A DNA stretch of 35,505 bases. Origin: Candidatus Woesebacteria bacterium RIFCSPLOWO2_01_FULL_39_10 (GTDB lineage Bacteria; Patescibacteriota; Microgenomatia; UBA8517). How positions within the stretch are numbered: the first letter of the stretch is position 1; every line of letters begins with the position of its first letter. A program made the translations under genes and the position numbers. The notes beneath the pieces are model-generated. The model had not been told where the DNA came from. It searched no databases and worked only from the letters and a program-made list of their open reading frames with translations. Location: assembly GCA_001793015.1 (NCBI GenBank), contig MGHC01000011.1, forward strand, positions 18,604 through 54,108, in the 5' to 3' direction. Below, one piece after another: positions 1 through 8,782 of the stretch.

Positions 1-2
1 CT

Positions 3-110
3 GAAGAGCTTGCCGCACTTGATTCTGCTTCTACAAATTTTTGGGCTGATGTGGGAGGTGGCCAAAGAAAAGGAAAAAGTACTAATCTAAAAACTCCTGG
101 GAGACGTTAA
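3..110 (+). CDS. 3' end of an unknown upstream gene (partial)
   Basis: Open frame from the window edge (EELAALDSASTNFWADVGGGQRKGKSTNLKTPGRR) to TAA at 108-110; no recognisable motif. Confidence 0.4.
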   Translation, partial: EELAALDSASTNFWADVGGGQRKGKSTNLKTPGRR

Positions 111-178
111 AATAGCTAATTCCGACTAATAAGCTTTTTTCAAACTGCTTTACTTTCAGTGATTTAATGCTTCCTAAT

Positions 179-207
179 TTGCGTATGTAAACATCCTTTA
201 GTATAAT
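179..207 (+). promoter_or_regulatory. sigma70-type promoter of the glycan operon
   Basis: TTGCGT (179-184), 17 bp, TATAAT (202-207), upstream of ATG 268. Confidence 0.65.
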
Positions 208-230
208 ACTATATTATTCAATAATAGGTT

Positions 231-258
231 TCTAGCTAGCAATTAGCTAGATTTTTTT
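231..258 (+). terminator. terminator-like hairpin plus T7 in the leader of the giant GT gene
   Basis: TCTAGCTAG-CAA-TTAGCTAGA (9 bp with one G:T) followed by TTTTTTT. Confidence 0.45.
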
Positions 259-267
259 GTATTTGTT

Positions 268-3200
268 ATGAGTGACTTAAATATTATTATTCCTGTCAAA
301 AATGAAGCTGGAAATATAAAAGAGCTGGCTGATCGGATTCACGCCAGTCTTTATTCAGCAGGCATAAAGTATCGAATGATTTTTGTGGACGATCATTCGG
401 AAGATACAACCGTTGAAGAGATAAAAATGGTTTCTGGAAAGTATCCTGTAATACTTCACGTTAAGCAAGGAAAACCTGGTAAAGCATATAGCATTTTGGA
501 AGGGTCCAAATTTGCCACAACTGAAAAGCTGGCAATGATCGATGCAGATCTTCAGTATCCTCCCGAGGTCATTCCAGATATGTACAAACTACTGGACGCT
601 CACGGAGTTGTTGTATCAAACCGCAAAGGCCATAAAACCTCGTTAACAAGAAAAATAGGATCAAAAATGAACAGCCTGATCTTTGAGAAGTTTTTACATG
701 GCTTGAAGGTGGATACCCAGTCGGGCCTGAAACTATTTAAAAAAGAAATAATCGACCATTTGACAGAAGAAGATGTAACGGGATGGACGGTTGATATGCC
801 TCTTCTTAGAACTTCACTTGAGCTTGGCTACTCGATTGGGTGCGTTGATATAGAATTTACGGAAAGAAAAAACGGAAAATCAAAAGTGAATTTCCTAAAA
901 ACCGCACTTGAGATCGGGAGTCACTCTCTGAGACTTAAATTTAAGAAAAGAAAAGTTTATCCGATTAAATCTAAAACAATTGATTCTCCAATCGGTGCGG
1001 GATTGGCCCATAAAGGTAAGAGATTTATCACACACACCCACTTACCACACGAAATCTCAGCGTTAAACACTCTTCATTTGTGGCAAAAAATTGCACTTTT
1101 CTCGTCAATCACAATCCTAGTAGTTGGTTTATTAGTGACAACCAAGTTAACCGCCATCATTGTCATCGCCTTTTTATCATTTATTTATTTTCTTGATCTT
1201 TTGTTTTCTTTACGGGTTTTACTTAAATCTTTACATAATCCTCCTGAAATCAAGATTGATGACGTGGAGATAGCTTCACTTAATGATCAAGACCTGCCTT
1301 TGTATACAATTCTTTGCCCTTTGTACAAAGAGGCCAAAATTTTACCTGAATTTATTGAAAATATAGGAAAAATTGACTGGCCGAAGGAAAAGCTGGAAGT
1401 AATTCTTTTACTTGAAGAAGACGATGAAGAGACAATAAAGGCCTCCCAAAATATATTTATTCCCAGCTACATAAGAACGCTTATTGTTCCAAATTCGCAG
1501 CCAAAAACCAAACCAAAAGCCTGTAATTACGGATTGGCATATTCCAAAGGAGAGTATTTAGTAATTTATGATGCTGAAGATAGGCCGGATCCTCTTCAAC
1601 TGAAAAAAGCATACCTTGCTTTCAAAAAATTGGGTGAAGATGTTGTCTGTTTACAATCGAAACTAAATTACTACAATACAGGCCACAACATTTTAACGAG
1701 ACTTTTTACAAGCGAATACCTCCTGTGGTTTGATCTTATTTTGCCAGGATTACAAGTGGCAGGGACAGTTATTCCTCTAGGAGGTACTAGCAACCATTTC
1801 AAAACCAAGAAACTAAAAAATCTTCACGGATGGGATCCTTTTAACGTAACTGAGGATTGCGACCTGGGTGCAAGGCTTTTTAAAAAAGGTTACAAAACTG
1901 CACTTTTAGATTCAACGACTTATGAGGAGGCAAATTCGAGAATAATTTCCTGGATAAAACAGAGATCACGTTGGATAAAAGGCTATATCCAAACCTACCT
2001 GGTTCATATGCGTGATCCTATAAAGTTCCATAGAGAATTTGGACTTCAAGCTCTCATTTTTCAACTTGTTGTTGGTGCCAGAATGACGTTTATTCTTATA
2101 AACCCAATTCTTTGGCTGGCTACAATTTCTTACTTTGCACTGTACCAATTTGTCGGACCAACAATTGAGTCTCTTTACCCAACCCCGGTTTTCTATATAG
2201 CTGTCACATCTTTAGTTTTTGGTAACTTTATCTATTTTTACAACTATATGATTGGCTGTGCCAAAAAAGGACAGTGGAGTCTTATTAAGTGGGTATTTTT
2301 AATTCCACTCTATTGGCTAATGACTAGTATTGCGGCAATTGTAGCTTTTTATCAACTAATTGTCGCGCCTCATTTTTGGGAGAAAACTGAACACGGTTTG
2401 CATCTTAGTGTCAAAGCAAAACAAAAAGAAGCAATACGATTATTGCCAAGACTAGCTTTAAGCGACGCTGTTTTTGGTGGAAGTGTACTTATATTTGCCT
2501 CAATTGCCGCCAACTTTTCCAATTTTTTGTATAACGCTTATTTGGGAAGATCGGTTGACCTTTCGCAATTTGGGACAGTTGCCTTAATAGGAAACATATT
2601 TACTTTGGTTGGCGTAATAACAACTGCATTAGGAAGGACTGTTTCTTACAAAACCGCATACCTATTGGGTAAGTTTGGGTATACAGTTTCTGATTTTTGG
2701 GCTAAAACCCAAAAAGTATCCTGGTTTGGAGCATTTTTAACAACCCTTATTTGGCTTTTGGCTATACCGTTCTTGGCAAACTTTTTTAATGAAGTTGACC
2801 CTGTTCCCTTCTTACTTTTTACACCGTTTTGGATATTTGCCTTAGTTGGTTCAGTAAACCACGGATTTATTAGTGGGAATTTAAAATTCGGCACACTCGC
2901 AACAATTGTTTTTCTTGAGTCTTCAACCAAACTTCTTTTTGCGTACCTTTTTATCGAATTTGGATTAAAAGATCTGGTTTATGCGGCAATTCCGGCTTCA
3001 CTTGTTATTCCCTTTATTTTTGCATGGCTTATATCGGTAGGAATTAAAAAACAAAAACTCGTATACGAAGCTAAGATCGAACTTAATTTCCCAACCGGAT
3101 TTTTTACAACCTCGATTCTAACGAGCTTGGCAGGCGTTGCCATATTAACCTTTGACGTAATTTTGGCAAAACATTATCTTCCAGCAACAGAAGCCGGGCA

Positions 3201-4902
3201 GTACGCCCTTTTGTCGTTAAGCGGAAAGATAGTTTACTTTTTGGGATCCTTATTTACGCAATTTATTACACCTCTCGTAAGTAAGGGTGAGGGTGCCGGT
3301 AAGAGAACAGAGGAAGTTTTTTATAAGTTATTAAGCGGTTCGATTGCAACCTCGTTCGTCGGATTTATAGCAATCGGAATATTCGGCCACATAACAATTC
3401 CAATGTTATTTGGTGAAAAGGCTGTGAGCTTAATTCCACACCTTCCCTTATACGCACTGGCGATGTTTCAGTTTAGTGTTGCCTCGGGAATAGTAATTTA
3501 CCACCAAGTCAAAAAACATTATCTATTCCCAATAATTTCATTTTCTGTGGCAGCCCTTGAGGTTCTCGGAATAGCCTTAAGCCATAATAGTATTTCGGAT
3601 ATATCTCTTGTTGTTACTACTCTCGGATCAGTCCAGCTTTTCTTAGTTACTTTCTTTCATGTCCTGTACGACCCTTTACTAGTTTTATCTAGAAACGTAA
3701 GCGATTTTTTGGGTCTTTTTACTTCAATTAATGGAAACGGAAAACCTTCTCAAAATCTACGGATTTTGGTTTTAAATTGGAGGGATACAAAACATGTTTA
3801 TGGTGGTGGAGCAGAGGTTTATATAGAGGAAATTGCTAAAAGATGGGTTAAGGAAGGGCATAAGGTAACTATCTTTTGCGGAAATGACGGAAAATCGGAA
3901 AGAAATGAGGTTGTTTCCGGAGTTCAAATAGTGCGCCGCGGCGGATTTTATACAGTTTATATCTGGGCGTTTTTATATTATGTACTTAAATTCTCTGGCA
4001 AATTTGATATCGTCGTTGATTGCGAAAACGGAATTCCATTTTTTACACCCCTTTATGTAAGAGTTCCAAAGGTTCTTCTAATACATCACGTTCATCAGGA
4101 TGTATTTCGAAAACATCTTAGTTTTCCGCTGTCATACATTGCCATGGCGCTGGAATCAAAACTAATGCCGTATTTATATAAAAATTCTCAGATTGTAACT
4201 ATTTCCGAATCTTCCAGGCGCGATATTGTAAGACAGGGTTGGGCAATACGAGATAATATTCAAATTGTTAATCCGGGAATTAATGCTATAGCTTTCAAAA
4301 AAGCTAAAAGATCGGCTAATCCCACTTTTACCTATGTCGGTCGTTTAAAGCATTACAAAAATATTGACGTAGCAATTAAAGCCCAGGCCATAATTTCGAA
4401 AAAATATAACGAAGCCCGCCTATTTATTGCCGGTAAAGGCGAAGAAGAAAATTACCTAAAGGGGCTCGCAAAAGAACTTGGAACGAATGGATCGGTTGTA
4501 TTTAAAGGATTTATTAGTGAAAAAAGTAAAGCAAAACTGCTTTCCTCCTCATGGGCTGCTATTCAGCCCTCGTCTTTTGAAGGCTGGGGTATAACCGTTA
4601 TTGAAGCGAACGCTTGTGGGATTCCTGTGATTGCCTCAAAAACCAATGGCCTTTCTGATTCTGTCGTCGATGGAGTAACAGGACTTTTAGTACCACAAGG
4701 AAATCCTGAAGTTCTCGCAAAAGCTATGGAAGGAATCATTTTAGATAAAAAATTTAGACTCGAACTTGGCCGAAAAGCATATGAGTGGTCCAAAAATTTC
4801 AGCTGGGACAAGAGTGCAAACCAATTTTTGAGAATTATTTTTAAGACAATAGAAAAAGAACGAGAAGTTTTATTTGTGAGGAAACTAGAATTGGCAAAAT
4901 AA
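268..4902 (+). CDS. Four-module fusion: DPM-like GT2 + processive membrane GT2 + Wzx/MOP-like flippase + GT4
   Basis: N-terminus IIPVKNE, VDDHSED, IDADLQYPP (GT-A, DPM1-like). Middle KPKACNYG, YDAED, GGTSNHF, NVTED, QRSRW, WEKT with TM helices. About aa 735-1145 multi-TM with LGRSVDLSQFG, DVILAKHYL..EAGQY (Wzx-like). C-terminus GGGAE, YVGRLKHYKN, EGWGITVIEA (GT4). Confidence 0.9.
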   Translation: MSDLNIIIPVKNEAGNIKELADRIHASLYSAGIKYRMIFVDDHSEDTTVEEIKMVSGKYPVILHVKQGKPGKAYSILEGSKFATTEKLAMIDADLQYPPEVIPDMYKLLDAHGVVVSNRKGHKTSLTRKIGSKMNSLIFEKFLHGLKVDTQSGLKLFKKEIIDHLTEEDVTGWTVDMPLLRTSLELGYSIGCVDIEFTERKNGKSKVNFLKTALEIGSHSLRLKFKKRKVYPIKSKTIDSPIGAGLAHKGKRFITHTHLPHEISALNTLHLWQKIALFSSITILVVGLLVTTKLTAIIVIAFLSFIYFLDLLFSLRVLLKSLHNPPEIKIDDVEIASLNDQDLPLYTILCPLYKEAKILPEFIENIGKIDWPKEKLEVILLLEEDDEETIKASQNIFIPSYIRTLIVPNSQPKTKPKACNYGLAYSKGEYLVIYDAEDRPDPLQLKKAYLAFKKLGEDVVCLQSKLNYYNTGHNILTRLFTSEYLLWFDLILPGLQVAGTVIPLGGTSNHFKTKKLKNLHGWDPFNVTEDCDLGARLFKKGYKTALLDSTTYEEANSRIISWIKQRSRWIKGYIQTYLVHMRDPIKFHREFGLQALIFQLVVGARMTFILINPILWLATISYFALYQFVGPTIESLYPTPVFYIAVTSLVFGNFIYFYNYMIGCAKKGQWSLIKWVFLIPLYWLMTSIAAIVAFYQLIVAPHFWEKTEHGLHLSVKAKQKEAIRLLPRLALSDAVFGGSVLIFASIAANFSNFLYNAYLGRSVDLSQFGTVALIGNIFTLVGVITTALGRTVSYKTAYLLGKFGYTVSDFWAKTQKVSWFGAFLTTLIWLLAIPFLANFFNEVDPVPFLLFTPFWIFALVGSVNHGFISGNLKFGTLATIVFLESSTKLLFAYLFIEFGLKDLVYAAIPASLVIPFIFAWLISVGIKKQKLVYEAKIELNFPTGFFTTSILTSLAGVAILTFDVILAKHYLPATEAGQYALLSLSGKIVYFLGSLFTQFITPLVSKGEGAGKRTEEVFYKLLSGSIATSFVGFIAIGIFGHITIPMLFGEKAVSLIPHLPLYALAMFQFSVASGIVIYHQVKKHYLFPIISFSVAALEVLGIALSHNSISDISLVVTTLGSVQLFLVTFFHVLYDPLLVLSRNVSDFLGLFTSINGNGKPSQNLRILVLNWRDTKHVYGGGAEVYIEEIAKRWVKEGHKVTIFCGNDGKSERNEVVSGVQIVRRGGFYTVYIWAFLYYVLKFSGKFDIVVDCENGIPFFTPLYVRVPKVLLIHHVHQDVFRKHLSFPLSYIAMALESKLMPYLYKNSQIVTISESSRRDIVRQGWAIRDNIQIVNPGINAIAFKKAKRSANPTFTYVGRLKHYKNIDVAIKAQAIISKKYNEARLFIAGKGEEENYLKGLAKELGTNGSVVFKGFISEKSKAKLLSSSWAAIQPSSFEGWGITVIEANACGIPVIASKTNGLSDSVVDGVTGLLVPQGNPEVLAKAMEGIILDKKFRLELGRKAYEWSKNFSWDKSANQFLRIIFKTIEKEREVLFVRKLELAK

Positions 4903-4956
4903 TAGTTGCTAATCCTATAGTCACAGTTAATAAATTACCACTTTTAAATCTAAATT

Positions 4957-5874
4957 ATGAATAACAAACCAACAATAACTATCGGCATTCCAGCATATAA
5001 CGAAGAGCAAAACATCGCTAATATGCTTGATAGTGTCTTAGCTCAAAAAGGCAGTTTCAAGTTAGAGAAAATTATAGTTGCTTGCGACGGATGTCTGGAC
5101 AAAACCCCTGATATAGTCAGAAAGTTTCAAATGCAAAACAAAAATATAATCTTACTCGAAGGTAAGCGAAGAGAAGGTAAATTATATAGATTGAATCAAA
5201 TATACAAAAGAAGCAAAAGCGACATTTTACTAACATTCGATGGAGACATTCTTCTGTCGAATGAAACGGTAATTGAAAAAATGATTAGTAAATTAACTGA
5301 AGACAAGAATGTCATTTTGGTTGTAGCACACCAAGTACCTGTCAAACCAACTAATTTTAAGGAAACAATTTTCTATACTGCTTACAAAATTTGGGAGGAA
5401 ACCAGAGTTCATGTTAATGAAGGAGACCATATCCATAATTTGCAAGGCGCTGCTGTTGCAATGAGAGCCAAGTTAGCAAAAAAATTAAGGTATCCAAAAA
5501 CCCTCACAACCGATCAGGGCTATCTTTATCTGTTTGCTAAAAAGTACGGGAAATTTAAATATGCATACCAAGCAATAATTTTTTATAGAGTGGTAAAAAC
5601 ACTAAAAGATTTCAGGCGACTTTCCCAAAGGACCTTGCATCAAGATCAGCAAACAGCAGCAAAACATTTTGGAAAAGAAGCCTTGAATGAGTACAAGATT
5701 CCCGTTCACAATAAACTAAAAGCGTTAATAATAAACTTTGTAAAAAGTCCACTATTTACCTCTCTTGCAATTTTAGTAAACCTTTATGTTCGGTTATTTC
5801 CATTAAATAACAATGGAAAGCCAGAGAATAAGTGGAAAATAGTTACAACAACAAAGGAGGTGATACACGTATGA
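4957..5874 (+). CDS. Glycosyltransferase family 2
   Basis: TIGIPAYNEE, ACDGCLDKT, TFDGD (DxD). Confidence 0.9.
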   Translation: MNNKPTITIGIPAYNEEQNIANMLDSVLAQKGSFKLEKIIVACDGCLDKTPDIVRKFQMQNKNIILLEGKRREGKLYRLNQIYKRSKSDILLTFDGDILLSNETVIEKMISKLTEDKNVILVVAHQVPVKPTNFKETIFYTAYKIWEETRVHVNEGDHIHNLQGAAVAMRAKLAKKLRYPKTLTTDQGYLYLFAKKYGKFKYAYQAIIFYRVVKTLKDFRRLSQRTLHQDQQTAAKHFGKEALNEYKIPVHNKLKALIINFVKSPLFTSLAILVNLYVRLFPLNNNGKPENKWKIVTTTKEVIHV

Positions 5875-6764
5875 AGAAAAAACTTACATTAACAGTTGGA
5901 ATTCCAACGTATTATGGAGGGCCGGCATTAGTTAATGCGGCAAAAAGCGTGTTGGATTCAAAAAGTGTTGATAAATTTCGACTAATTGTGAATATAGATG
6001 GGAATCCTTTAGAGCCAGAAATAGAAAAACAGCTTTTAGACTTGGGAGTAGATGTTGTATTCAGCAAAGAAAGAGGAGGACAAGTTGCCAGAATTAAACA
6101 AATGATAGGGATGACAGATACAGACATCTTAGTTCTTACCCAAGATGATATTCAATTAGCGCCTGATACTTTAGCAAACATACTAAAGACCTTTGGAAAT
6201 TATCCCAAATTGACAATGATTGGGGCAAGGATGAGGTCAAAGAAAACTAACAAAATAATGGAAAAGATAGTAGATGTTGCGGTTGAGGGAAATAACGAAC
6301 TGGGACGAAGATGGAAAAACGGCAACAACTATTTAATGGCTTCAGGTCGATGTATGGCATTTAGAGCAGACTTTATTAAAAAGTTTGATATTCCTGAAGG
6401 AATCATTAACTCAGATTCTTACCTTTACTTTGAAAATAAAAGAAAAGGAGGAGAATTCCTGGCACTTAGCGAGGCTGTGGTATTTAACAAAACACCTGAA
6501 ACTCTAAAAGAACATCTTAAACAAAGCCGTAAATTCAGTGTTTCGAAAGGTGAAAACGAAAAATACGCAGGTGAAAATTTATCAGGTGAATATTCGATTC
6601 CCTTGAAACCAAAACTCGAAGCATTTGCGGCGATACTTTTAAGAAAGCATATTTGGGCAATTTTGTATTTAGGAATAAATCTCTATACAAAAATTGTAGG
6701 CAGAAATATGTACAAAGACGCCGTTAGATTTTGGGAAACAGATAAAACGACTAAAAAAGTATGA
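5871..6764 (+). CDS. Glycosyltransferase family 2 (start moved to ATG 5871)
   Basis: TVGIPTY, TQDDI, ASGRCMAFR; SD AAGGAGGT at 5854-5861 and ATGA overlap with the previous stop. Confidence 0.85.
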   Translation: MKKKLTLTVGIPTYYGGPALVNAAKSVLDSKSVDKFRLIVNIDGNPLEPEIEKQLLDLGVDVVFSKERGGQVARIKQMIGMTDTDILVLTQDDIQLAPDTLANILKTFGNYPKLTMIGARMRSKKTNKIMEKIVDVAVEGNNELGRRWKNGNNYLMASGRCMAFRADFIKKFDIPEGIINSDSYLYFENKRKGGEFLALSEAVVFNKTPETLKEHLKQSRKFSVSKGENEKYAGENLSGEYSIPLKPKLEAFAAILLRKHIWAILYLGINLYTKIVGRNMYKDAVRFWETDKTTKKV

Positions 6765-7849
6765 AATCTATAGTAAGAAAATCAAAGTCAACAAATAGAA
6801 TAAACAGTGGCTCTCTGTCTGTGTGGAATGTTATTTTTGGTAATTTTCTAAGTTTAATAAGTTTTCTAGATGATGTTGAACATAAACATGATTTATACAA
6901 GATCAGCGGTTATAAGTTATTTGAAAAATTCAAAACAAACACGAGGAATTCTAATTGGGTAGCGGCAGTTTACAAAAATGCATCGAATAAAAAGGTATTT
7001 GTTAAAAGGTATTTTTACAAATATAAGGATATTAATTATCATCATATATTGAATATGGCGTTTTTTTTAACACAGACTAGATATTTACAAAATCAAAAAC
7101 ATGGCTCGTATACAGTCAAATTTCCAAAGGTAGTTGACTTCAACGATAATAAAAATAATGTGACTTTAGTCACAGAATTTTGTGAAGGTAAACCAATTTC
7201 TGAACATAAGGACGATACAATATTGGAAGTGCTAGGTGAGTGCTTAATAGAATTAAAAAGTCATACGTCTAGGTTAAATAAAGAAATTGTTAATCAGCTT
7301 CCAAAAAGAACCCCTTTATTGATTTTTCTAAACTTTAATTATTTATTATTGAAAAGTTTCGTAAAAGATTTAAAAAGCCCAACATTGTATATAAAAATTC
7401 TAGCTACTTTTTATAAGCATGCTATAACATTGGATTATTTTAGGCCAGAATATTCAATATCCCACAGAGATTTAACCCCGGATAATATTTTGATCGACAG
7501 AAATACTATTACAATTTTGGACACAGAATATTTGGTGATTGGGGACTCGGTGACTGATTTAGCTATCACTCCACGAATGTTTCTCAATAAGGTTGAACCA
7601 GAAAAATTGATTAGTCTTCTGAATAAGAATTTAAATAATACTTCGGAGAGAAACAGATTCATGGCTTTAAGTTTGTACTATACAGTGTTAACACTTTCCG
7701 TATCGGAAAAGAAAAGCCGTCACTATAATAATTCAAAATTGTATTTAAAGGAGTTTTTTGAAAACATAGCACCGAAAGTTTTTGAAATTATTGATGAACA
7801 TAACAGGGAAAAAGAATACTTTTGTGAAGGAGAGATTTTTAATAATTAA
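6761..7849 (+). CDS. Protein-kinase-like phosphotransferase (APH/Kdo-kinase-like)
   Basis: VFVK, catalytic-loop SHRDLTPDNILI, metal-binding ILDTE, GDSVTDLA; ATGA-coupled to the upstream gene. Confidence 0.75.
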   Translation: MKSIVRKSKSTNRINSGSLSVWNVIFGNFLSLISFLDDVEHKHDLYKISGYKLFEKFKTNTRNSNWVAAVYKNASNKKVFVKRYFYKYKDINYHHILNMAFFLTQTRYLQNQKHGSYTVKFPKVVDFNDNKNNVTLVTEFCEGKPISEHKDDTILEVLGECLIELKSHTSRLNKEIVNQLPKRTPLLIFLNFNYLLLKSFVKDLKSPTLYIKILATFYKHAITLDYFRPEYSISHRDLTPDNILIDRNTITILDTEYLVIGDSVTDLAITPRMFLNKVEPEKLISLLNKNLNNTSERNRFMALSLYYTVLTLSVSEKKSRHYNNSKLYLKEFFENIAPKVFEIIDEHNREKEYFCEGEIFNN

Positions 7850-8782
7850 ATGAAAAAACCAACAGTTACAATCGGAATCCCTGCCTATAACGAGGAGGCA
7901 AATATCGAATATTTGCTTAAAACACTTTTGGCAGATTCGTCCAGGATTGTAAAACTCGCCGAAATAGTCATTGTATCGGACGGAAGTACAGATGCTACAG
8001 TCACTTGTGCGAGATCGGTTAATGATCGACGAATAAGAATCATTGATCGAAAACAAAGACGAGGGCTCGTCGCCACCGAGAATGAGCTTTTGCGCAATGT
8101 CCATGGAGATATCTTGGTCATGTTAGATGCTGATGTAGTTCCAGTAGAATCCGATTTTTTGGATAGGATAACAGAGCCTATCAGGAAAAATTCTTCTGTT
8201 GGTTGTGTGGGGGCAGATATAATACCACTTCCTCCCAGGAATCTTTTTGAGCGTGTGATTGCAAACAGTCACTACCTGAAGCGACATCTCTATAGAAGAA
8301 TCAGTCATGGCAACAATGTCTATTTGTGTCATGGGAGGGCGAGGGCCTTTTCGCGCTCGTTTTATAAAAAGTTGCATTGGCCGGATGATTGTCCGGAAGA
8401 TGCTTTTTCTTATCTTACTTGTATTGCGAGAGGATTCAAATTTAAATATACAGATGCAGCTAGTATATTTTTTCGGTCCCCGGTCATTTTATTTGAGCAT
8501 AGGCTTCAAAGCTCTCGATTTGTTGCAGGAATAGACCGGCTTAAGGAATTGTTTAGTCCAGAATTTGTTAAGCGCGAGTATAGCATACCCTGGAAGTTGT
8601 TCGTTGGTACATTACTGAAATACTTATTTCGCAACCCTTTCTCTACACCTGCATATCTTGTAATCACGTCTTATATTCGATTAACTCACAGAAATACAGA
8701 TATTTATAAGTCTAGATTTGAGGTGGCATCAACTTCAAAACAAATAGTTGCATTTAAAGGTCAAAAACTATCAAGAGTATGA
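7850..8782 (+). CDS. Glycosyltransferase family 2
   Basis: TIGIPAYNEE, VSDGSTD, MLDAD, CHGRARAF. Confidence 0.9.
   Translation: MKKPTVTIGIPAYNEEANIEYLLKTLLADSSRIVKLAEIVIVSDGSTDATVTCARSVNDRRIRIIDRKQRRGLVATENELLRNVHGDILVMLDADVVPVESDFLDRITEPIRKNSSVGCVGADIIPLPPRNLFERVIANSHYLKRHLYRRISHGNNVYLCHGRARAFSRSFYKKLHWPDDCPEDAFSYLTCIARGFKFKYTDAASIFFRSPVILFEHRLQSSRFVAGIDRLKELFSPEFVKREYSIPWKLFVGTLLKYLFRNPFSTPAYLVITSYIRLTHRNTDIYKSRFEVASTSKQIVAFKGQKLSRV

Noticed and set aside
5832-5870. Longest-ORF starts at 5832, 11269, 23602, 24367, 26064 and 29274
   Set aside because: Downstream ATGs fit SD, overlap or -10 positions and family N-termini better
6761-7849. Aminoglycoside resistance gene
   Set aside because: Only the generic kinase-fold motifs are present and the gene is coupled within a GT operon
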